Made by a program: the position numbers and the translations under genes
In this document: positions 18,892 to 28,666 of the stretch, piece by piece
Layout: the number at the start of each line of letters is the position of its first letter
Position numbering within the stretch: position 1 is the first letter of the stretch
Notes under the pieces: model-generated
Told to the model about the DNA's origin: nothing
Database searches by the model: none
The model's input: the letters and a program-made list of their open reading frames with translations, nothing else
IMG/VR virus record: IMGVR_UViG_3300017971_004103
Span: 12,764-76,763 of that record
Origin: a virus
DNA length: 64,000 nt
Direction: 5' to 3' (one strand)

Positions 18892-19110
18892 ATGGTAGAA
18901 AGAAAAATAACAATAGATGGAATTCTAAATGGTGCAATTGATGTTACGGATGCCGATAACGAAGGACGATTGTTTTATATTACAAAAGAAACGGTAGATA
19001 TATTCATTGAAGGATTAAATAGTATCGAAACTAAAGATAAGCGAAAATTAAATATCATTCGATGGAGTCTCGATTTACTTGAGCAATTTAAAAAAGAATG
19101 GGAGGTGTAG
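18892..19110 (+). CDS. Hypothetical protein
   Basis: ORF with AAGGT RBS. Confidence 0.45.
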   Translation: MVERKITIDGILNGAIDVTDADNEGRLFYITKETVDIFIEGLNSIETKDKRKLNIIRWSLDLLEQFKKEWEV

Positions 19111-19262
19111 TGAAAAAAAGAAGATTACGATTTTGTTGGTCATGCAGTGATTATGTTCATCACGAACACAAATATAAGTGGACAGCGATTTTGTGCGGTA
19201 AGGTGCAATATTGCATACATGTATTAAAAAATTGGATTAAAAATTAATAGGAGGAAATAACA

Positions 19263-20012
19263 ATGACTGATGATAACAAACAAACAGTAACACAAGACGT
19301 AGAACCAGGAATAGTGCAGGCTCCAAATTCAACCCAAGTCCCAGCACCGGCACCATCAATGAGGCCGAATCTTTCACCAGCTGACCCCGGACATCCAGAA
19401 TACGATCCCCTTAAGGACGAAAAGGTAAAAAGCTATAGCAATAAATTGTTTACTCAGATTGCGGAGCGAGACAACGAGCTTAAAAGCCTTAAGGATATCC
19501 TTGAAAACACAAACGAAAAGTTAGCTTTATACGAGAAAGAAAAGAAAGAAAAAGAGGACAAGGATAAGACCGAATTGCAGTTAGCTAGTGAGAGGTTGTC
19601 TGCTCTTGAGAAGGAAAAGGCCGATTTGGCAAATCAATTGGAAAATACAAAAGCGAGTAGTAGTAAGATTAAAGTAAATCTTGAGGCACGCTTGCTGCTC
19701 ATGGAGGAACTTAGCCGGGCGGGCATTAAAACCAATTCGGCAGAACGCAAGGGATTGCAAGCCGAGCTTGAGGACAGGCTCAGCAAAAAGAAAGAGAATG
19801 AAGATTCATCTGATATTGCAAAAGCAATCGTTGTTGATTTTGGCAAAGACAAACAAAGTGCCTTTACACCGCCGGCCGAACCAAAGCCGGCAAAACCACA
19901 GAAAATAGAGCCGACTGATCTTCAAAAGAAGATAGTCGAATTATCAAGGAATTATGAAAAGAACAAGGATGAAATACAGGCAATCCTTAAGCAAATAGAA
20001 GCAAAAAAATAA
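19263..20012 (+). CDS. Capsid scaffolding protein
   Basis: AGGAGG RBS; charged coiled coil (KDKTELQLASERL); directly before the major capsid gene. Confidence 0.75.
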   Translation: MTDDNKQTVTQDVEPGIVQAPNSTQVPAPAPSMRPNLSPADPGHPEYDPLKDEKVKSYSNKLFTQIAERDNELKSLKDILENTNEKLALYEKEKKEKEDKDKTELQLASERLSALEKEKADLANQLENTKASSSKIKVNLEARLLLMEELSRAGIKTNSAERKGLQAELEDRLSKKKENEDSSDIAKAIVVDFGKDKQSAFTPPAEPKPAKPQKIEPTDLQKKIVELSRNYEKNKDEIQAILKQIEAKK

Positions 20013-20079
20013 ACAGCGAAAACAGCCGACAGGTCAATAAGGAATTTCTCGCTATACTTAATAACAGTAGGGATTAACT

Positions 20080-20106
20080 ACCCTGGATATATTCTAGGGT
20101 TTTTTT
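20080..20106 (+). terminator. Stem-loop with T-tract
   Basis: ACCCTGGA / TCTAGGGT followed by TTTTTT. Confidence 0.55.
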
Positions 20107-20147
20107 ATGCCCATATTCTATTTTCATTTGAGAGGAGGTGAAAGAAT

Positions 20148-21191
20148 ATGGCGAATGATGCTGTAATGAATGTTATTCAACCGTCGGATTGGATGAGTGG
20201 AACCATTCCAACTGTATATTCCAGAAGGATATATCAGGAGGCAATGAATTCTATGCTCTGGTCTAAATTTATGGGTGAAGAGGGTGCTCTTATGCCTATA
20301 ATCAAAAAGACCGATCTCGTGGCCGAGGCCGGAGGTACGATCAATATAATCAGAACCCTGAATCTTACCGGGGATGCACAAACCGGGAGATTAAAGGGTA
20401 ATGAGGAAAAGATTAATACCCAGGTATTGACTACCAGCCCTAGCTTAAAACGGCATGGTGTTGCATGGGAAGAGCTCTCGGACAAAAGAGTATCTTTTAG
20501 TACGAGAGAGCGTGCAGCCATGCTGCTCCAGAGACGTTGGGCAGAGCAATTTGACGACGATATCTGGGCTGCAATGGTTGGTACGGGTACTGGTTTTAGC
20601 GGAAATGCCCCGACTGTAGTTTGGGGCGGAGATGCAACTGCCCTATCCGACATTGATTCGACCGATACTTTCGATATAGACGATATCGATAAGATGAGGG
20701 AAAAGCTGGAAGAGAATAAAACTGTTCCCGTTGGTGGAGCAGAGGGACAATATTGTCTTTTTATTCACACCAGGCAAGCCTACTATCTTGGTATCACCGA
20801 TGCATGGAGAACCTATCAAAAGGACGCTGATGTAAGGGGTATCGAGAACTGGCTGTTCTCTGGTGGCAAACCCTACGGTGGAATCAAGGCTTTTGGTTAT
20901 TGGAATGGTGCTGCTATTTTCAAAACCAATCAAGCCCCGACCGTGACCTCTACCAGCTCTCCCTCTTGCACTGTTGCAAAGGGTGTAATGGTAGGTTGTG
21001 AGGCATTAGCTCATGCTATCGAATCTTACACAATTGATGGTGAGATCGTAGAGGGTGTGAAATATGCTGAGCAAATTGATGATTATGGTAATGAAAAGGG
21101 CATTGGAGCTGGCGCAAGTTATGAGGATAAAATCCTAACTTCCGAAAACCTGGTTCAGATTTGGAGCGCTGCAAACAATCCCAATGCTTAA
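20148..21191 (+). CDS. Major capsid protein (N4-gp56/DUF4043-like, HK97 fold)
   Basis: GGAGGTGA RBS; KFMGE...PI....DL....G..I, L.GNEE, Y.LFIH..Q...L and E..DDYGN motifs. Confidence 0.85.
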   Translation: MANDAVMNVIQPSDWMSGTIPTVYSRRIYQEAMNSMLWSKFMGEEGALMPIIKKTDLVAEAGGTINIIRTLNLTGDAQTGRLKGNEEKINTQVLTTSPSLKRHGVAWEELSDKRVSFSTRERAAMLLQRRWAEQFDDDIWAAMVGTGTGFSGNAPTVVWGGDATALSDIDSTDTFDIDDIDKMREKLEENKTVPVGGAEGQYCLFIHTRQAYYLGITDAWRTYQKDADVRGIENWLFSGGKPYGGIKAFGYWNGAAIFKTNQAPTVTSTSSPSCTVAKGVMVGCEALAHAIESYTIDGEIVEGVKYAEQIDDYGNEKGIGAGASYEDKILTSENLVQIWSAANNPNA

Positions 21192-21213
21192 CTATATATA
21201 ACCCATTAACCTG

Positions 21214-21248
21214 ATGGGGGGTGTCTATGGTGCCCCCCATTATTTATT
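21214..21248 (+). terminator. Terminator after the major capsid gene
   Basis: ATGGGGGGTG / TGCCCCCCAT stem followed by TATTTATT. Confidence 0.65.
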
Positions 21249-21259
21249 AACAACCGTAT

Positions 21260-21706
21260 ATGGAGGATTTTAAAATGTCAAATGAACAAGTAATGGTAAA
21301 TCAATATTATGTTATGTGGGTAGGGCAAAAAAACCCTAAAAGATTGACCTTTCATTGGCGAGGGCAACCTGATCCCCTGAAAACGATTACTTTGCCGAAA
21401 GATAAGTGGATGCGTGTAACTGAGCAGGATGCTGCAGAAATCCGAAGGAGAGCCGGGGACGATAGCCCAAATTGGAAGTTCATGATTAAGCAGGTTATGC
21501 CCGCAGAAGATCGCATAGATTATCTCGAAGGGAAACATGATGAGTCGGCAAAAACCCCCAATCCCATTAAAGACAGTCCCAAACAAAGTGATACTCAAAC
21601 TGAAACGATGCCACTAGGTGAGGGCGATGTTTTTAAGGATTCTCAGGCTTCCCCGGAATCAAACAAAAGGGGCAGACCGAAGAAAAAAGCTGAAATATCA
21701 GCATAA
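21260..21706 (+). CDS. Small capsid-adjacent protein with disordered tail
   Basis: Directly after MCP; C-terminal KRGRPKK motif. Confidence 0.6.
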   Translation: MEDFKMSNEQVMVNQYYVMWVGQKNPKRLTFHWRGQPDPLKTITLPKDKWMRVTEQDAAEIRRRAGDDSPNWKFMIKQVMPAEDRIDYLEGKHDESAKTPNPIKDSPKQSDTQTETMPLGEGDVFKDSQASPESNKRGRPKKKAEISA

Positions 21707-21720
21707 TCGAGGAGTAGAAC

Positions 21721-22416
21721 ATGGCAGGAAATTACATAACAAGCACTAGCGTTTTAGTATTTCCCAATGGCAGGAAATTTGAAAAGTATCTTGATCCAGA
21801 CCTAAAGCAGTCTGAGAAAGATACTGCCCTTGATTTAATTATAACCGAGTCAGAAAATTGGGTTGATAATCAGCTCAAGGGAAATACTGCCATCCCCGCT
21901 ACTCACATCATATCAGATTGTAAACAGATTGCCCTTGAATATGCACGGGCACTGATGTTTAGAGATAATCCTATCGTTACAGATGATGATAAAGAAAAGA
22001 GGGCAAAACAGTATTTCGAGCAGGCTGAAAATCTGATTAGAAATCTACGGTATGGAGCTAGTGCCGATATCCCCGTTGCATCTTCTCAGAATACTGGTGA
22101 CGGGACAATGTCTGTTGTGACCGTTGATGATAACGAAACGATTACCGAGTCATGGATTGTTCGGTGCATATCCGAGACTGAGCCCACCTTTGAAGTAATC
22201 GGGAGCATAACGGGTGCTCTTTACAATTACGATCTTACCTACGAAATATATCCCGATCAATACAATTCTGAAAAGTATGGTGATCAAAGAAAGATATGTT
22301 TTGTAATTACAGAGGGTGAATATGCATTCGTCTTAGAGGATGAATTTACATTCAAAACCTATGCCGCCTCATGGAATCAGAAAATGTTCGGAAGCGGTCA
22401 GATAATATTGGGGTAG
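21721..22416 (+). CDS. Head-tail adaptor with C-terminal beta extension
   Basis: I..SE.WVD..L and Y.E.A...I..L helical pattern of Mu gp36/gp6-like connectors; position after MCP. Confidence 0.6.
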   Translation: MAGNYITSTSVLVFPNGRKFEKYLDPDLKQSEKDTALDLIITESENWVDNQLKGNTAIPATHIISDCKQIALEYARALMFRDNPIVTDDDKEKRAKQYFEQAENLIRNLRYGASADIPVASSQNTGDGTMSVVTVDDNETITESWIVRCISETEPTFEVIGSITGALYNYDLTYEIYPDQYNSEKYGDQRKICFVITEGEYAFVLEDEFTFKTYAASWNQKMFGSGQIILG

Positions 22417-22419
22417 ACA

Positions 22420-22770
22420 ATGTCGTGCAATGAATGCAAGAAGCTCAATACTCTATTGAAACAAATCATTAATGCCCTTGCAGACTATGATATTGTGCAT
22501 ACTGAATTTCCCCTGAATCTGTTAAGAGAATATCAGAAAAAAGATATGATCCGAGGTCTTGCCGTTGATGATATGAAAAGGATTTACATTGATAAGAATG
22601 CCTGCAGTAGCGAGAGAAGAGAGGCAGTTATACATGAGCTATTGCATATATTTAATTATCAAAGCGGTGAGTTAGACAATGTCAGTACTGCCGAGGAAGA
22701 AAATCATGTGATAAGAAAGACAAAAGAGGTAAAAGATTTGCTTTATTCGCAAAAGGGGAAAAAGAAATGA
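22420..22770 (+). CDS. HExxH metallopeptidase-like protein (ImmA/IrrE-like)
   Basis: IYID...RREAVIHELLH. Confidence 0.6.
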   Translation: MSCNECKKLNTLLKQIINALADYDIVHTEFPLNLLREYQKKDMIRGLAVDDMKRIYIDKNACSSERREAVIHELLHIFNYQSGELDNVSTAEEENHVIRKTKEVKDLLYSQKGKKK

Positions 22771-23132
22771 AGGATGTATGGAAAGTAGGGTTGTGGCTAA
22801 ATATTTTATTGGTGCTTTCATTGTGTGTGTTGATGATGGGATGTACCCTTAAGATAAATGTTGGGCTTGGTAATACAATTCACAGCGAGCTTGGCACAGC
22901 CGATTTAGATACTGCCCTTGTCAATAAGATGAAAACTGAAATCAAAAATGAAATGGATACTGAAATAAAGGCTAAGGATATCGGCCAGGGCAATGTTAAT
23001 GAAATTGATTCTGAGATCGGGACTGCCAAGCAGACCAAAACCGATCAAAGCGTAAATATTGTCCCACAAAAGAAAAGAGGCCCCGTCACAAGCACAATCA
23101 TCTGGGTATTAGATAATATTAAAAGGTTTTAG
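22767..23132 (+). CDS. Putative lipoprotein
   Basis: Hydrophobic signal peptide ending in LMMGC. Confidence 0.55.
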   Translation: MKDVWKVGLWLNILLVLSLCVLMMGCTLKINVGLGNTIHSELGTADLDTALVNKMKTEIKNEMDTEIKAKDIGQGNVNEIDSEIGTAKQTKTDQSVNIVPQKKRGPVTSTIIWVLDNIKRF

Positions 23133-23142
23133 GTGAAAGCAA

Positions 23143-23277
23143 ATGCCATGTATTTATGATCCCAACACTGGCAAGTGGAAAATAGGCAATGGTAAACCCA
23201 TATATCCCACAAAGGCGAAGTGTGAAAAGGCACTCAAGGGGTATTATTCTAGTAAGCGCAAGAAGGGAAAGAAGTAA
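23143..23277 (+). CDS. 44-aa basic microprotein
   Basis: AGGTGA RBS; MPCIYDPNTGKWKIGNGKPIYPTKAKCEKALKGYYSSKRKKGKK; TAATG overlap with the next gene. Confidence 0.6.
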   Translation: MPCIYDPNTGKWKIGNGKPIYPTKAKCEKALKGYYSSKRKKGKK

Positions 23278-23732
23278 TGGACATAGCACAACTACCCAAA
23301 GATATAAGCAAGCTGGCTAAGCGGATAGGGGATACTCGACCTTTAATGGAAGACCTGGCGGGTCTTTTTATACATAGAACAGAAAAGAAATGGGACAAAA
23401 GGGGTGAGGGTGAAAATTATCAAGGTGTGCAATGGCCGAAACTTGCCGAATCAACCGCCATGAAGATAAAAAGCAAATCAACTGGTGCAAGGCGTGGCTA
23501 TGAACACATGCTAGTTGATGAAGGATTAATGCGCACTGCCCTTACTAAAAGTGTCAGTGAAAAAGAGGCCAAGATATTCTTTATGTCACCAGAAGGCAAG
23601 AAGTATATGCACCATCATTTTGGAATGGGTAATTTACCCAAGCGAGTTGTGTTGGACATCACAAAGGAAGATGATAAGGCACTTGATAAAAGAGCACTAG
23701 AATTTATTGATAAGGCATTGTCTAAGAAATAA
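23277..23732 (+). CDS. Neck/virion morphogenesis protein (Mu gpG/P2 gpS-like)
   Basis: WPKLAEST...K, LVDEGLMR, Y..HHFG..NLP.R motifs. Confidence 0.8.
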   Translation: MDIAQLPKDISKLAKRIGDTRPLMEDLAGLFIHRTEKKWDKRGEGENYQGVQWPKLAESTAMKIKSKSTGARRGYEHMLVDEGLMRTALTKSVSEKEAKIFFMSPEGKKYMHHHFGMGNLPKRVVLDITKEDDKALDKRALEFIDKALSKK

Positions 23733-23757
23733 ATAAGTCACAAAAGATTAATTACAG

Positions 23758-23795
23758 AAGTGACACCTGTAACATTTAGGTGTCACTTTTTTATT
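23758..23795 (+). terminator. Rho-independent terminator
   Basis: AAGTGACACCT / AGGTGTCACTT stem followed by TTTT. Confidence 0.7.
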
Positions 23796-23803
23796 GGTGA
23801 AAA

Positions 23804-24238
23804 ATGAGCTTAAAAACAGTTAGAAAAAATCTGAAAGAACAGCTTGAAGATGATAACAATCTTCAGAGTATGTTTAAGACTTTCTTAATTGAAAGGCGTC
23901 CAGAAGTAAATGAGCTTGACGCGATAACAGTTAGAAAAACTGATTCAGAGGAAGCCAAGGAAGAGTTTGGGTCAAACTATAATGTAGCAGCGACTTATCA
24001 TTTTGAAATTGTTGCTACAATACAAAAAGCTAACCTTGAGGCTGGGGACGAAGCGCAGCTATTATCAGATCAGTATATACGACAGGCATTGAGAACAAGT
24101 CTTGACCTGAGTAATACCATAGGATTTATGAAAATTGGAAAAACTACCTGGGGTTATGATGCTCAGAACCAGAACATATTCTATACTATTGTTGCGGTTC
24201 AGTGCAAATTAGATGAAGACCCGACGGATAGGGATTAA
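23804..24238 (+). CDS. Tail terminator/completion protein
   Basis: Position after the neck gene, size, alpha/beta pattern. Confidence 0.55.
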   Translation: MSLKTVRKNLKEQLEDDNNLQSMFKTFLIERRPEVNELDAITVRKTDSEEAKEEFGSNYNVAATYHFEIVATIQKANLEAGDEAQLLSDQYIRQALRTSLDLSNTIGFMKIGKTTWGYDAQNQNIFYTIVAVQCKLDEDPTDRD

Positions 24239-24241
24239 TCA

Positions 24242-24580
24242 ATGGGAATGAATTATTATTGGTATAAAAATAAGCCATGCCCTGCTTGCGGCAGAAATGA
24301 TGAACCACTACATGTCGGCAAGAGTAGTGCTGGATGGGTATTTTCATTACATATAGTACCCGAAGAAAACATTAATGATTTTGAAGACTGGCTCAAAAAG
24401 TTTGATATTAAGGGTTCTTACATTGAAAATGAAGATGGTGAGAAAAAAACAAGAGAAGAAATGATTGATACTATTACCAAGAGAAAACATCCCGACGGTT
24501 TATTGAGACATGATTTAGGGGGGATTTGTCTTAAGCATGGAAAGGGAACGTGGGATTGTCTTGAGGGTAAATTTAGTTAG
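24242..24580 (+). CDS. Conserved phage hypothetical protein
   Basis: MG.NYY, CxxC, LHVGKSS.GW.F pattern. Confidence 0.55.
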   Translation: MGMNYYWYKNKPCPACGRNDEPLHVGKSSAGWVFSLHIVPEENINDFEDWLKKFDIKGSYIENEDGEKKTREEMIDTITKRKHPDGLLRHDLGGICLKHGKGTWDCLEGKFS

Positions 24581-24592
24581 GGGAGGTGTAAT

Positions 24593-24940
24593 ATGAAGAA
24601 AAAGGTAAGATATTTGGTTGATCAAGTTACTAATCACGGAATAGTTAAAATAGGTGATGAGAAATTGGTTGATGCCGAGATTGCGGAGATTGAAGTAAAG
24701 AGGGGGTTGGCGGAATATATTATAGAACCAACACCAAGCTATAAGAATTGGGGCATACCAAGAGAAGTAGAAAAACCAACACCCGCTAAGACAGAAGAAG
24801 ATAATAAGGACTCTATTGTCAATGAATTGAAATCAGATGAGCTCTCCGATACTCCACCGCCCGAAAGCATGCCCCTGGAATCACCAAGTACCATAATCGA
24901 ATCAAAATCGGCAAGCAGGAGAAGAAAAAGAAGAAAGTAA
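24593..24940 (+). CDS. Small virion-associated-type domain with acidic/basic tail
   Basis: G....V....A......RGLA motif; homologous to the N-terminus of the next gene. Confidence 0.55.
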   Translation: MKKKVRYLVDQVTNHGIVKIGDEKLVDAEIAEIEVKRGLAEYIIEPTPSYKNWGIPREVEKPTPAKTEEDNKDSIVNELKSDELSDTPPPESMPLESPSTIIESKSASRRRKRRK

Positions 24941-24959
24941 AAATTAAATAAGAGATAGA

Positions 24960-26111
24960 ATGAAAAAGACAGTAATAATTGAATGGACTGAAGACCAACT
25001 CACACCATACGGTACAGTTAAAAAGGGTGGGATAAAGGAATTATCAGAAAGTGAAGCAAAACCCTATTTGGATAGGGGTTTATGTATTATCCCAGAATCG
25101 GTAATGGTTGAATATACAGGAATTCATGAATCCAAGAGAATAAAATTCAGAGGAGAAACATATGCCTTTATCAAGGGACATCCTCGCGTAGTTCCCGTAA
25201 TTCTTGCAAGAGAAGTCAGGCATTTCAAAGATTCATTTAAAATCAAACCTACAAAGATACCTTCAATTATATTTTCAAAAAGCAGCAAACCCCAAAAGCA
25301 TTTTATCATTAAATATAATGGAAATTTCGGCGATGTGTTAAGGGCAACCTGTGTGGCAGAATCCTTATACCATGAAGGGTATACCGTAAGTTTCGATATT
25401 AAGAAACATATGGAAGAGCTTTTGTATAATAATCCTTTTATCAGCCCACACAAAGAAAAGGCAGAAATTATTGACCTTGATAAAATCAGGGTTCATGCCC
25501 TTGAATCTGAAAATGTGTTGAGAACCAATACATGGCTAAAGGCAATTGGATTAGAAGACAGCCCCTTTAGAAAGCCCTCATATTTTCCCAGTAAAGAAGA
25601 AATTGAGAAGGCCAGAAGGATTGTAAAAGACGATAAGTTCACAATCGGCTTGGGTACTAGGGCAAGTGTTCCCGGTAAGACATGGCATGGGTTCGATGAT
25701 TTGAAAAAGAGATTAAAACCAAAGAACAGAGTCCTTGTCTTAGATAGAATGGTTAGTGGTGCACATCCGGGATTAATGGAATATCGATATTCACTTAGGC
25801 ACGTAGGGGCAATTATAAGCTTATGCAATCTCATTGTAACTAATGACAGCCTGATCCTACATCTTGCCGGTGCAATGGATGTCCCGTGTATTGGGTTATT
25901 TGGGAATACCAATGGAAAGGTAATGACTCAAAACTATCCATTTTGTGTACCGATTCAGGGGAAGTGTATCAAAAAATCTACCCTATCTAGCAATTCTGTC
26001 AAACCTTGTTGGTACGATGTTTGTCAGGAATACCACGATGGTGAATTACCATGTCTCGGTAACATAGAAGTTGATGAAGTTTTATCTGAAATCCGTAAAA
26101 TGAGGTGTTAA
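24960..26111 (+). CDS. GT9 (heptosyltransferase-like) glycosyltransferase with two extra N-terminal domains
   Basis: GNFGDVL, ELLYNNPFI, K.W, TNDSLILHLAGAMDVPCIGLFG.T and C-terminal C..PC...C...C...I.V.EV. Confidence 0.85.
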   Translation: MKKTVIIEWTEDQLTPYGTVKKGGIKELSESEAKPYLDRGLCIIPESVMVEYTGIHESKRIKFRGETYAFIKGHPRVVPVILAREVRHFKDSFKIKPTKIPSIIFSKSSKPQKHFIIKYNGNFGDVLRATCVAESLYHEGYTVSFDIKKHMEELLYNNPFISPHKEKAEIIDLDKIRVHALESENVLRTNTWLKAIGLEDSPFRKPSYFPSKEEIEKARRIVKDDKFTIGLGTRASVPGKTWHGFDDLKKRLKPKNRVLVLDRMVSGAHPGLMEYRYSLRHVGAIISLCNLIVTNDSLILHLAGAMDVPCIGLFGNTNGKVMTQNYPFCVPIQGKCIKKSTLSSNSVKPCWYDVCQEYHDGELPCLGNIEVDEVLSEIRKMRC

Positions 26112-26118
26112 AAAAGAA

Positions 26119-26334
26119 ATGAATACCCCGATTTTAGTATGGAAGTTTTACGAAGCACCCAAAGAGTTTCAAGCACTTTCCAAACATGGTGGGGATGAGG
26201 ATTATTTGGCATATGTCCCCGATGGGGCAAATTATAATTATATCCCATGGCTAGAAGAAGGATCATTTGGGGTGTGTGACATACATTCCACAAAGGTTGA
26301 AGGAGGGACGGTTTATATAGGTGCACATGCCTGA
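26119..26334 (+). CDS. Hypothetical protein
   Basis: Co-oriented ORF (HGGDED motif). Confidence 0.5.
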   Translation: MNTPILVWKFYEAPKEFQALSKHGGDEDYLAYVPDGANYNYIPWLEEGSFGVCDIHSTKVEGGTVYIGAHA

Positions 26335-26357
26335 AATTTATAAGATGAGGTATTAAG

Positions 26358-26573
26358 ATGCAAGGAGTAAAACAACTTGCCTACCCCCCAATATTTCAGA
26401 AAAAGTATTGCAAGAACTGTAATAGAAACATTTCTCCAGGTGGGGTCTATTGTTATGGTGGCAAAAATCCCTATACTGGTGAAATCATAAAAATCCCCAA
26501 GAGTACTTATAATTCAGATGGAAATTGTAAATACTACAAAAGAAGGTGGTGGAAATTCTGGTGTTATAAGTGA
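26358..26573 (+). CDS. Cys-rich hypothetical protein
   Basis: GAGGT RBS; CxxC...N..G.C.YY. Confidence 0.5.
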   Translation: MQGVKQLAYPPIFQKKYCKNCNRNISPGGVYCYGGKNPYTGEIIKIPKSTYNSDGNCKYYKRRWWKFWCYK

Positions 26574-26615
26574 CACAAAAAATGATCAAATTCAATAATA
26601 GAGGAATAAACAATC

Positions 26616-26702
26616 ATGGCCAAGAAAAAAGGTAAGAAGAAAAAAAAGAAAAAGGCACCTGAGCCCACAAGATCAAGGGCGGGGAGCATAACAAAAAGAT
26701 AA
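26616..26702 (+). CDS. 28-aa Lys-rich microprotein
   Basis: GAGGA RBS; MAKKKGKKKKKKKAPEPTRSRAGSITKR. Confidence 0.5.
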   Translation: MAKKKGKKKKKKKAPEPTRSRAGSITKR

Positions 26703-26727
26703 TTGAATCAAATGGGAGGTGATGTAT

Positions 26728-26811
26728 TTGGCAAAGAAAGCAGGCAAGAAAAAGAAGAGGAAAGAGGCTATGCCAGAAAGAACCAAATCGGGTAGATTCA
26801 AAAAGAAATGA
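26728..26811 (+). CDS. 27-aa Lys-rich microprotein
   Basis: GGAGGTG RBS plus TTG; MAKKAGKKKKRKEAMPERTKSGRFKKK. Confidence 0.55.
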   Translation: MAKKAGKKKKRKEAMPERTKSGRFKKK

Positions 26812-26860
26812 TTATTTTGCGGGGATAGTATTAATGCCTATCCCCTAGGACTTATAAAAT

Positions 26861-27370
26861 ATGGAAATAAAGACAATACCTATTTCTAAATTAAAATTCG
26901 CTGATTATAATCCTCGCCAGCATCCAGACAAAGCCATTGAGCGATTAGTTAAATCTATAGAAAAATACGGGTGGACTAATCCGGTGCTTGTGCAGAAAGG
27001 ATCACATATTATTATAGCGGGTCATGCCAGAGTAAGGGCAGCCCAAAAACTAGGCATTAAAAAAGTACCTGTTATATATCTTGATTTTGACGATGTTACT
27101 ACCAAGGCTTATGCGATAGCCGATAATCGCCTTGCAGAACTTACAGAATGGGACTACCCCCTCCTAAAAAATCTTGTTGTGGATATTGATGATGGGGCAT
27201 TTGATCTTGAATTAACCGGATTTGATGAGCTTGAGCTTAAAGAGGTTTTTGATTATGAGGGGTTGAATGTAGACAACAAGGGCGGCAAGACCGGAAGCTC
27301 TAAGAATAAAACACTTGTATGCCCCGAATGTGGCTATGAGTTCCCCTCTAAAAAAGGCAAAGAAAATTGA
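26861..27370 (+). CDS. ParB/Srx N-terminal domain protein with C-terminal Zn-ribbon
   Basis: YNPR.H, SI..YGW..PV, IIAGH.R..AA, IADNRL.E...WD; CPECGYEF. Confidence 0.85.
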   Translation: MEIKTIPISKLKFADYNPRQHPDKAIERLVKSIEKYGWTNPVLVQKGSHIIIAGHARVRAAQKLGIKKVPVIYLDFDDVTTKAYAIADNRLAELTEWDYPLLKNLVVDIDDGAFDLELTGFDELELKEVFDYEGLNVDNKGGKTGSSKNKTLVCPECGYEFPSKKGKEN

Positions 27371-28335
27371 TTAAAAAAAAGTCGCTTAGAATCTGCGATT
27401 ACATGGTGCAACCGCCACACCAATTCGAGTTAGCTAAATTAGGTCATTCATTCTTTTTTCTCCGCGAAAACCTAATATACGACTGGCGGGTAAACACCAG
27501 ACCACAACCATATAATTGCTATTTTATCAGCACGGCAAACCCCAATGATTTTGATTTGATCATTGCCCACAATGGCAGACAGATTAGGCAGATTGAAGAG
27601 TGGAAAGTATCAGGGGCACTTACAAAAGATATTCCCCTGATTTACATTTTCCATTTTCAACCGAGTGGTGACAGTGTCGAAATAGAGGACATGGCAAAGA
27701 AACTTGGGGGGTATCATCTAGTTTTCAACAGCTATGATTCGCAGAAATCTTGGAATATGCCCAACCCCAGTCAGCGCACTATCATACATGGATTTAATCA
27801 AGATGAGTGGCATGAGTGGCATGGTGGGATTAATGGTGTATTAACCGTAGCGGGCAGAATGGGTGACAGGCCCCATGTAACCGGCTATCAATTTTGGAAA
27901 GATGTAGTTACCGGGCTCGATTGTGAAAAGCTAGTCATGGGTAGTAAGTGGGAAAAGATGAGGCGATGGGAAAAAGAGATAGTAAGACATTCAAGAGATT
28001 GGAGTGATTTAAAAGAAACCCTAGCCTCATACGATGTTTATTTTTCCCCTACTCATGAAAGTCCATTCCCCAGGGCAAGAAGTGAGGCATTTGTAACGGG
28101 GATGCCGATGGTGACGACGCCGGATCATAATGTAAATCTTTATGTAGAACATGGGATAAATGGTTATGTTACCAATGATGCCGATGAAGCCGCTGATTAT
28201 ATTAATATGCTATTGGGTAATAAGAAATTAAGAACTAAATTTAGCAAGAATGCTAGGGAAAAAGCTAGAGAAGTTTTAAACATAGACAGATTTTTAAAGG
28301 AATGGAATGACTTGCTTGATTTTGTGATGGGGTAG
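27367..28335 (+). CDS. GT4-like glycosyltransferase
   Basis: YDVYFSPT.ESPFP....EA...G.P.V...HGING; AR..A...LNIDRF...W. Confidence 0.8.
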   Translation: MIKKKSLRICDYMVQPPHQFELAKLGHSFFFLRENLIYDWRVNTRPQPYNCYFISTANPNDFDLIIAHNGRQIRQIEEWKVSGALTKDIPLIYIFHFQPSGDSVEIEDMAKKLGGYHLVFNSYDSQKSWNMPNPSQRTIIHGFNQDEWHEWHGGINGVLTVAGRMGDRPHVTGYQFWKDVVTGLDCEKLVMGSKWEKMRRWEKEIVRHSRDWSDLKETLASYDVYFSPTHESPFPRARSEAFVTGMPMVTTPDHNVNLYVEHGINGYVTNDADEAADYINMLLGNKKLRTKFSKNAREKAREVLNIDRFLKEWNDLLDFVMG

Positions 28336-28661
28336 TGATGGAAGATGAGAGAAAGGAAGCGATAAAAGCCGCAGAGTCTATTGCGGAGGCGATTGAAAGC
28401 AAGGTCGAGGAAAATCTTAGCGAACTAACAAAGGGCTTTGGGGTATGCAGTAAATGCAAACATCTTAGAGTAGTAGAAACACAGTATGGTAGATATACAA
28501 CGGAATGTAATTGTTTTTATGATGAGTGTAAAATTAAGCCCAATCGCATTGACCCCATAATAAGATGTTCAAGGTTTTGGAATAAGGAATGGGCGGATTT
28601 TAGAGATTTAGAAAAACTAGCAATATTGATTGAACCGGATAAGAAAAGGCCAGGGTTTTAA
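28335..28661 (+). CDS. Cys-rich hypothetical protein
   Basis: CxxC; C-terminal K..GF. Confidence 0.55.
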   Translation: MMEDERKEAIKAAESIAEAIESKVEENLSELTKGFGVCSKCKHLRVVETQYGRYTTECNCFYDECKIKPNRIDPIIRCSRFWNKEWADFRDLEKLAILIEPDKKRPGF

Positions 28662-28666
28662 AAAAC

